Positions 36,073 through 42,122 of a stretch of DNA of 42,122 bases are shown piece by piece. The first letter of the stretch is position 1. Each line of letters opens with the position of its first letter. This DNA comes from an uncultured Blastocatellaceae bacterium (GTDB lineage: Bacteria; Acidobacteriota; Blastocatellia; Pyrinomonadales; Pyrinomonadaceae): assembly GCA_964516695.1 (NCBI GenBank), contig CAZEZJ010000001.1:7241-49362 (forward strand), given 5' to 3'. Below the pieces are notes generated by a model. That model saw only the letters and a program-made list of their open reading frames with translations, searched no databases and was not told the DNA's origin. A program made the position numbers and the translations under genes.

Positions 36073-38451
36073 TTAACCCGTCGTGCGCGAATGATGAAGC
36101 TCGCCGCTCTCTCTGGGAGCGGGCACGCTCTTTCCGACAAGCGAGCCGGTGCCCGTGCGCTGGCGCACCGTTCGCGGCCAGACGATGCGAAAGCGGCTGC
36201 CCTCCTGCGGCTCGCTCTTGACTGTAATCTCGCCTTCGAGCAGTTCGACGATTTTGCGTGTGATGGCGAGGCCAAGACCCGTCCCGCCGTAGGAGCGCGT
36301 GAGACGGTCATCGACCTGCCGAAACTCGTCGAAGATATACGAGATGGCATCAGTCGAAATGCCGATGCCTGTGTCGGAGACTTCCAAGTACCAGTGGTCT
36401 TGATTGAGCGGGCCAGCCGTGATTGTCACTCTTCCGGCGGTCGTAAACTTGACGGCGTTGCCGAGCAGATTCGAGAGCACTTGTTGCAGCTTGTGGCGGT
36501 CTGTCAAAACCTGTCCCAGTTCCTTTGAAACTTCGGCGCGCAATTCGATGCCCTTGCCTCGTGTCTCAGGCTCGTAGTCCTCCGCCATCTCGCGCACCAA
36601 GGCGGCAATGTCAACCTTTTCCAGTTGCAGCGCGGAGCGGCCCGCTTCGAGACGCGAGTAGTCGAGCAGGTCGTTGACGAGTTCGAGCAAGGAGCGGGCG
36701 TTGCGCTCCATGCGCGTGACGGCCTCGGCCTGCAATGGCGCGAGCGGCAGTTGGCGGTCGCGTATCAGCAATTGGCTCAAGCCGATGATGACATTCAAGG
36801 GCGTGCGCAGTTCGTGCGTCATGTTGGAGACGAAGGCGGTCTTCAGGCGGTCGTGCTCGCGCAGACGGTCATAGGCCGCCACCAATTGCTCATGCTGCAA
36901 GACTTCTTCGGTCGTGTCGCGAAGGACGGCGACCGCGCCTTCCTGTCGCCCGTCGTCGCTTAGGAGCGGCGTTGCCGAAACAGCGACGCGACGCTGCTCG
37001 CCATTGGTGTGCACAATCTGCAACTGCACGTTGGAAATCGTCTCGCGGGCTTCGAGCGCGCGCCATAGAGGCGTCTCTTCAGGGGCGAGCAGGCGACCGT
37101 CCGCGTCTCTGAGCGCGATGTCGGAGATGAGCGCTTCGGCTCCGTCACGAAAATCGTTGGGGTTGCGACCGATGATGACGGCCGCCGCAGGATTAATCTT
37201 GTAGCGGTGCTGGCGGTCAATAATCACCACGCCTTCGTTCATCTGGTTAATGACGCTTTCCAGCTCTGCGGCGCGCGTGCGCTCGGCGGCAAACGCGGAG
37301 GTCGCCAGCTTTTCCGCGCGCACGCGCTTAGAGACTTCAGATAAAACGAAGATGAGGTCGCCGCGAACGGCGCTGCGCTCGGTCGTCGGCCAGATGGTCA
37401 CATCCCAGAAGCCCGTGTTTTCCGTGTCGCCCGCTTCCTTGTTGCGCGCGACGAGGTTTAAGGGCAGCCCGTAGGTGACGAAGGGCTTGCGCGTGCGCCG
37501 CACGTCTTCAATCACATCCGAGAGAACGGCCACACCAGCCGCCGCTTCGTAGAGACCGCGCCCCGCAAGCTGCTCCGCCTCGCGTCCAACAAAACGCGCG
37601 AAAGTTTGATTAGCTCGCTGCACAATCAAATGCGCGTCGAGCACCACCACGCCGAGCGGCAAGCCGTCGAGCACCTCTTCGATAAACGCGCCCTGCGTTT
37701 GCACTTCCTTAAACTTGGCCTGCAAGTGTGAAGCCATCACGTTGAAGTTCTCGGCCAACGCCCCGACTTCATCGTCCGTTTCGACCGCGGCGCGTTCTTG
37801 CAGTTCTCCTTTACCGAGCACGCTGGCCGAGAGAGCGAGCTTGCGAAGCGGTTTGGTGAAGCGCCCGACGGCCCAATAGCCGAGCAGCACGGAGGTGAGC
37901 AGGACAGCGGCCCACGTCGCCGCCAGCAGCCAAACGGAGCGGCCCGCATTCGTATGTTCCGCCAGCGGCACGCCGACGGCGACCGCCCAGCCAAACGGCT
38001 CTACGCGTTGCGCGCTCGTCATACGCTGAACGCCATCGCTCCACTCGATGCTTCGCGCGGGAGATGAAAAATTGAGTAAGACGGGAATTGGCCCAGGCGT
38101 GATGGAGCCTTTCAGCGCGCGGCCCTGCGGGTCGAAGACGGCGATAGCTGTCTCGTTGTCTGCGGCGGCGTGTTGACGCAGCCGCGCTGTGAGCGTCAGC
38201 GCCTCTGCGGGCGCAATCATGTCGCCGCGCGTCGCATAGGCCGGATGATTTTCCAGCCATGAAGTGAGCGTGCCGGCGGCGGCGAGACTTTCAATGCGCG
38301 CGACGGCAGCCGCCTGTTCGTTCAAATCCCGGCGATAGCTGTTGAGTTGGAGCAGACTGATGACAAGCAAGGGCAAAGAGAGCAGCGCCAGCATCAACAG
38401 GAGCTTGGCGCGCACGCTGCGCAGGAATGGAGTGGCCCGGCCATGCTTCAT
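36073..38451 (-). CDS. Sensor histidine kinase (periplasmic loop, HAMP, PAS x2-3, HisKA, HATPase_c)
   Basis: Two TM helices. HAMP region (PLRKLALSASVLGKGEL). H-box MTHELRTPLN. N/G boxes (NLLGNAVKF, DTGIGI, GTGLGLAI). The ATGA overlaps the upstream gene. Confidence 0.88.
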   Translation of the reverse strand: MKHGRATPFLRSVRAKLLLMLALLSLPLLVISLLQLNSYRRDLNEQAAAVARIESLAAAGTLTSWLENHPAYATRGDMIAPAEALTLTARLRQHAAADNETAIAVFDPQGRALKGSITPGPIPVLLNFSSPARSIEWSDGVQRMTSAQRVEPFGWAVAVGVPLAEHTNAGRSVWLLAATWAAVLLTSVLLGYWAVGRFTKPLRKLALSASVLGKGELQERAAVETDDEVGALAENFNVMASHLQAKFKEVQTQGAFIEEVLDGLPLGVVVLDAHLIVQRANQTFARFVGREAEQLAGRGLYEAAAGVAVLSDVIEDVRRTRKPFVTYGLPLNLVARNKEAGDTENTGFWDVTIWPTTERSAVRGDLIFVLSEVSKRVRAEKLATSAFAAERTRAAELESVINQMNEGVVIIDRQHRYKINPAAAVIIGRNPNDFRDGAEALISDIALRDADGRLLAPEETPLWRALEARETISNVQLQIVHTNGEQRRVAVSATPLLSDDGRQEGAVAVLRDTTEEVLQHEQLVAAYDRLREHDRLKTAFVSNMTHELRTPLNVIIGLSQLLIRDRQLPLAPLQAEAVTRMERNARSLLELVNDLLDYSRLEAGRSALQLEKVDIAALVREMAEDYEPETRGKGIELRAEVSKELGQVLTDRHKLQQVLSNLLGNAVKFTTAGRVTITAGPLNQDHWYLEVSDTGIGISTDAISYIFDEFRQVDDRLTRSYGGTGLGLAITRKIVELLEGEITVKSEPQEGSRFRIVWPRTVRQRTGTGSLVGKSVPAPRESGELHHSRTTG

Positions 38452-38969
38452 GATCGTTCATCATGTTCCGGGAAGTCAGTCCGGCGGCGGCGCGGTGGCG
38501 GCCACACCGAAGTGCGCGTCTCGACTGGCGGGCGCAAGCTAGCAGCATAAACGACAATCACCTGCGCAATCATTTCGTCAACGAAACGATTGACGCGCCG
38601 CAACGCATCACGCAGCTCTGAAAGACTTCCCGGCCTGGCGCTCAAACCTTCGCGCCAGAGAAAATCCGTTATCACTTGACGAAACAGCATCAACTCCCGT
38701 GCCACTTCGTCCATCAGCAAGCCTTGATAAAAACGGACTTGCGAATGAGCGCGCAGGCGTCTGGTCGCCTCAATAATCTCGGCGTCCGTGCAGCCGTCAT
38801 CGAGCAGGCGGGCCAGCTCTTCCAGAAACTCCGGCAGATGGCCCACAAGCTGCCCGTAAGAGAGGCGTGTGGGCAATTCGGCGCGGCGCTCCGCATAGAC
38901 CTCATCCACCCAAGCGCGGATGATGGGGCCTTCATATTCACGCAGCAGCATTGCGAATCGTTCGGACAT
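38448..38969 (-). CDS. RsbRD_N-like (non-heme globin-type sensor) domain protein
   Basis: The pattern ...IIRAWVDEVY...HLPEFLEELARLL...RAHSQVRFYQGLLMDEVARELMLFRQVI resembles the N-terminal domain of RsbR-type co-antagonists. Called from memory of the family. Confidence 0.5.
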   Translation of the reverse strand: MSERFAMLLREYEGPIIRAWVDEVYAERRAELPTRLSYGQLVGHLPEFLEELARLLDDGCTDAEIIEATRRLRAHSQVRFYQGLLMDEVARELMLFRQVITDFLWREGLSARPGSLSELRDALRRVNRFVDEMIAQVIVVYAASLRPPVETRTSVWPPPRRRRTDFPEHDERS

Positions 38970-38999
38970 GAGAGGAAACCCGAAGCCGCGCTGAGCCGC

Positions 39000-39422
39000 T
39001 CAGGTTTTCGGCAGCAGGCGATTCAGAAGCGCCTCCAGTTGGTCAAAATCGATGGGCTTGGTGACGTAGTCATTACAGCCCGCGGCCAGCGCATCGGCGT
39101 GAAAATCCGCCGTATCGTGGGCCGAAACGGCAACAATCGGGATATGGCTCAGTTCCTTGACTTGCCGAATCCGGCGCGTGGCTGCCAGGCCGTCGAGCAG
39201 CGGCAGGCTCAAGTCCATCAAAATCAGGCTCGGATGCTCACGGCGGGCAATTTCGACCGCCTCCTCGCCGTTAATCGCCTCCAACACGTGATAACCGCTC
39301 ATTTCCAGCAAACGCCTCATCATAAAACGGTTATCCTCAAAATCCTCGACTACCATGACGGTCTGCGGCTGGTTGCCGTTGTGACTCTGCTCGACCCTAT
39401 CAACCATTACAGACATCTCCAA
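39000..39422 (-). CDS. Single-domain response regulator (CheY-like receiver)
   Basis: VMVVEDFEDNR..., LILMDLSLPLLDG, and VAVSAH...KP. Confidence 0.88.
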   Translation of the reverse strand: MEMSVMVDRVEQSHNGNQPQTVMVVEDFEDNRFMMRRLLEMSGYHVLEAINGEEAVEIARREHPSLILMDLSLPLLDGLAATRRIRQVKELSHIPIVAVSAHDTADFHADALAAGCNDYVTKPIDFDQLEALLNRLLPKT

Positions 39423-39487
39423 ACGTCGCTCTGTCCAAGAGCAGTGACGTCCGATTATAAATACTGATTCAACCCTAAGGCCGCTGC

Positions 39488-40321
39488 ATGGCTAGCATAC
39501 GCTGGCTTTTTTTGCTAAGATGCCGCATCGAAACGCAACACAACAAAGCACAGCTTTTGGGTTCTATCCATACACGCTGTCTAAACAGGATGCTCGACCG
39601 CGAAGCGTGGAAGACACCTCTAGGAAAAGGCTATGCAAGCCATATGAAGCCGTTATTATCGGAGTTACAGGACACACAAGCGCTCCAAGAACTGGGGCGC
39701 GCGTCCGTCCAAATCGTCCACGACCTAAAAAACCAGCTAAACGGTCTCAAACTCTATGCCACGTTCTTACGTAAACGGATGGAAAAGACCGAACGGCCAC
39801 CGGACGAGCAAGAGACCGTCAATAAATTAATCGCCGGGCTGGAGCGAGCGGCGGCTGACATGTCTACGCTGGTGCGCTTCGGACGCCCCTTGGAACTGCG
39901 CCGCCAGCCGCACGTTGATTTGGCAAAGATCGTCTCCAATCTCCCGCCCAGCGATGACACGAGCCAAGCCGTCAAGCTCGAAGCCGCGCCCGGCCCGTTT
40001 GAGGGCGAATTTGACATCGCCGCCCTGACCGAGGCCCTCAAGACCATCACGGCGGGCGCGCTTGGGCTGCGCCGTCCAGACAGCGACGGACCCCTACAGA
40101 TTCATCTCGGCCCGGACACCAGCGCCGGGCAAACAAGCGCAATCATCGAATGGCGCGGCGTTTCATCTAACGGGACTGATCCTTTTCATTCTTTTGCCGG
40201 AAGCGACGCGCTACGAATGTCTCTGGCCGCGAAGGTCATCGCCGCACACGGCGGAGAGACTAGCCAGCAGGCGGACACCATCCGAGTTCGTCTGCCCCTT
40301 CAAGGCGACATAAAGAAGTGA
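39488..40321 (+). CDS. Soluble histidine-kinase-like protein with an intact H-box but a degenerate ATPase domain
   Basis: A HisKA-like segment (ELGRASVQIVHDLKNQLNGLKLYATFLRK). I could not find clear N, G1 or G2 boxes in the C-terminal half. The start is uncertain (39488, 39590 or 39644). Confidence 0.55.
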   Translation: MASIRWLFLLRCRIETQHNKAQLLGSIHTRCLNRMLDREAWKTPLGKGYASHMKPLLSELQDTQALQELGRASVQIVHDLKNQLNGLKLYATFLRKRMEKTERPPDEQETVNKLIAGLERAAADMSTLVRFGRPLELRRQPHVDLAKIVSNLPPSDDTSQAVKLEAAPGPFEGEFDIAALTEALKTITAGALGLRRPDSDGPLQIHLGPDTSAGQTSAIIEWRGVSSNGTDPFHSFAGSDALRMSLAAKVIAAHGGETSQQADTIRVRLPLQGDIKK

Positions 40322-40404
40322 TGAATGACGAGTAATGAGTGATGAGTGAAAAGACAAAAGCTTTTACTTATTACTCATCGCTCATCGCTCATCGCTCATC
40401 ACTG
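40318..40404. repeat. Heptamer-built imperfect palindrome (GTGATRR family), copy 3
   Basis: GTGATGA ATGACGA GTAATGA GTGATGA GTGAAAA ... AAAAGCTTTT (40356-40365) ... TTATTAC TCATCGC TCATCGC TCATCGC TCATCAC. The first unit contains the TGA stop of the upstream gene. Confidence 0.8.
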
Positions 40405-40427
40405 TTTTTATAAGGAGTAGAGCACAG

Positions 40428-41816
40428 GTGGAGAATAAAGAAGCACGCATTTTGGTGATTGATGACGAACCGATGATGGCCGATTCCTTGAAGCAGAATC
40501 TGGCCGAAGAAGGCTACACGGTGGATACTGCGGCGACGGGAGCGGAAGCCATCGAGTTGTTCGACCGCGGCGGGCATCATCTCGCCATCTGCGACCTCCA
40601 ACTGCCGGACATGGACGGCTTGAGCGTCCTGCGCCACATGAAGGACACGCATCCCTCGACGGAGATTATCGTCGTCACAGGCTACGGCACAGTCGCCCGC
40701 GCCGTGGAAGCGACGAAGGCGGGCGCGTTCTACTTCGTGGAAAAACCTTTCGACTTCGACCAACTGCAACCGCTCGTCGAAAAGGCGCTTGAGCATCGAG
40801 AGTTAACGGCCCGCGTCGAGAGCATGGGCCGCCAGCTTTCCACGCGCGCCGAATACTTCAACATCATCGGCGCATCCCGTCAGATGCAAACCATTTACGA
40901 GACCATCGAATCCGTCGCCAAGTCTGACGCCAACGTTCTCATCGTCGGGGAATCCGGCACGGGCAAAGAACTCATCGCCAACGCCATCCACTACAATTCG
41001 CTGCGCTCGAAAAAACCCTTCATCAAGGTCAACTGCGCCGCGCTCCCCAAAGAATTAATTGAATCCGAACTTTTCGGCCACACGAAGGGCGCGTTCACGG
41101 GCGCTCACGCCGACAAAGAAGGATTGGTGCAACACGCGGCGGGCGGCTCCCTGCTGCTCGACGAGATTGCGGAGATGCCCGTCGAATTGCAACCGAAGCT
41201 CCTTCGTGTGCTGCAAGAGAGAAGCTATCGCAAGATAGGTTCGGAAAAGACCTACGCCGTCGATTTTCGTCTCATCACTTCGACGAACCGCCCGCCCGCC
41301 GACGCCATCCGCGACGGCGTGTTGCGCGACGACCTCTTTTATCGCATCTCGACCATCACGATTCACGTTCCGCCGCTGCGCGAGCGCACGGACGACATAC
41401 AACTGCTGACAGACCATTTTCTCGGCACCTACGCGAAAAAATACGAGCGTCCCATCACGGGCGTCTCGCAGGCCGCTTATCAACGCCTCTTCTCGCACGC
41501 TTGGCCCGGCAATGTGCGCGAATTGCAGAACGTCATCGAGCGCGCCGTGCTGCTCGCCAAAGGTAACAAGATTGAGCCGCTCGACTTGCCTTTCGATAAT
41601 GGCTCGCTGCCCGAAGGCGGCGCGCAATCGGCTGGCTGGGACGTGCCACCCAACATGACGCTCGAAGACATCGAAAAACTCGTCATCGAAAAAACGCTGC
41701 AAAGAACGGGCGGCAATAAACAGGCTGCGGCCAACATGCTCGGCATCTATCGCCCGCGTCTCTATAGCAAAATCAGAAAATACAACATAGATGTCGCGAC
41801 GCTGGCTTCGACCTAA
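40428..41816 (+). CDS. Sigma54-dependent response regulator (NtrC family)
   Basis: An AAGGAG RBS precedes the GTG at 40428. REC domain (AICDLQLPDMDG). Walker A GESGTGKE. GAFTGA motif. C-terminal HTH (GGNKQAAANMLGIYRPRLY). Confidence 0.9.
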   Translation: MENKEARILVIDDEPMMADSLKQNLAEEGYTVDTAATGAEAIELFDRGGHHLAICDLQLPDMDGLSVLRHMKDTHPSTEIIVVTGYGTVARAVEATKAGAFYFVEKPFDFDQLQPLVEKALEHRELTARVESMGRQLSTRAEYFNIIGASRQMQTIYETIESVAKSDANVLIVGESGTGKELIANAIHYNSLRSKKPFIKVNCAALPKELIESELFGHTKGAFTGAHADKEGLVQHAAGGSLLLDEIAEMPVELQPKLLRVLQERSYRKIGSEKTYAVDFRLITSTNRPPADAIRDGVLRDDLFYRISTITIHVPPLRERTDDIQLLTDHFLGTYAKKYERPITGVSQAAYQRLFSHAWPGNVRELQNVIERAVLLAKGNKIEPLDLPFDNGSLPEGGAQSAGWDVPPNMTLEDIEKLVIEKTLQRTGGNKQAAANMLGIYRPRLYSKIRKYNIDVATLAST

Positions 41817-41871
41817 CGGGCGTCGTGAAAAATTCTGAGACAAGCTAAACGCTTCATCTTTCGCTCAAAGT

Positions 41872-41921
41872 AATGCCGGATAATTTCGCTGGCTTCCGCT
41901 AGCGCGGAATTATCCGGCATT
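41872..41921 (+). terminator. 18-bp stem hairpin downstream of the NtrC-family gene
   Basis: AATGCCGGATAATTTCGC / GCGGAATTATCCGGCATT (17/18) with a 14-nt loop. The downstream sequence is moderately T-rich. Confidence 0.45.
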
Positions 41922-42026
41922 CGCGTGTGCTTTGCGTTTCGCTGTTGAAGAATTTGCTCGTGCTGTGGCGTGTGCGAATTGAGCGTTGTATAGTAGGCGG
42001 TATCAAACAGCATCGGAGTTGAAAGA

Positions 42027-42122
42027 ATGATGGAGAAAGCTACTTTTGGAGCGGGCTGCTTTTGGGGCGTCGAAGCGGCCTTTCGTCAAGTTGAAGGTGT
42101 CACGGCGACGGCGGTCGGCTAC
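42027..42122 (+). CDS. msrA: Peptide methionine sulfoxide reductase MsrA, N-terminal 32 codons (continues beyond the window)
   Basis: [25 protein letters not shown]... contains the diagnostic GCFWG active-site motif. GGAG RBS at 42015-42018. Confidence 0.85.
   Translation, partial: MMEKATFGAGCFWGVEAAFRQVEGVTATAVGY

Noticed and set aside
40318-40404. Heptamer and TCATCGC tandem repeats considered as a CRISPR array or microsatellite.
   Set aside because: The units are 7 nt with no spacers, the total length is under 100 nt, and the repeats are organised as two complementary arms. This is a palindromic element, not a CRISPR array.
41813-42013. A 66-aa minus-strand ORF in the spacer before msrA.
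   Set aside because: It has no RBS, it runs across the 18-bp hairpin, its sequence is featureless, and it overlaps the end of the NtrC-family gene.
1-42122. A search for mobile-element hallmarks (transposase, integrase, tRNA target, long direct repeats) and for canonical defence or toxin-antitoxin genes.
   Set aside because: None was found. The only compositionally deviant segments are the four-helix-bundle gene and, mildly, the first pilin gene.

Overview
GC-rich bacterial chromosomal window. The gene content (sigma54 enhancer-binding regulators, 'GFSLIELLIVVAIIGI'-type pilins, FG-GAP/VCBS propeller proteins) suggests Acidobacteriota or a similar phylum; this is inference only. No rRNA, tRNA, CRISPR array, transposase or integrase was seen. 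Layout: (i) 1-1416, 3' part of an FG-GAP-like repeat protein. (ii) 1525-7744, minus strand, a three-gene redox module and my top candidate for an undescribed system. It encodes a cNMP-binding + poly-ferredoxin + di-heme-b-like membrane protein, an FHA + TM + seven-CXXCH cytochrome c, and a membrane-anchored ferredoxin/FAD-NAD(P)H flavoprotein. (iii) 8267-15849, an oxidative pentose-phosphate operon (tal-pgi fusion, zwf, opcA, glk, pgl), followed by mltF-like, rpiB and a large GH63-like glycosidase. (iv) 20776-35250, a type IV pilus regulatory and structural neighbourhood. It holds a lipoprotein, a PilS-like kinase, an inserted four-helix-bundle gene, a PilR-like sigma54 activator, an inverted FG-GAP protein, two pilin genes with sigma54 -24/-12 promoters, an O-antigen-ligase/TPR fusion, and ABC-2 permease / TPR protein / ABC ATPase / LolA-like genes. 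(v) 35393-41816, two signalling units: response regulator / RsbRD_N-like / PAS kinase on the minus strand, and a degenerate kinase-like protein + second sigma54 activator on the plus strand. (vi) The 5' end of msrA. A recurring non-coding feature is a family of long imperfect palindromes at gene junctions. Three of them are built from 7-nt GTGATRR units. All assignments come from reading motifs in the supplied translations; no database search was possible.
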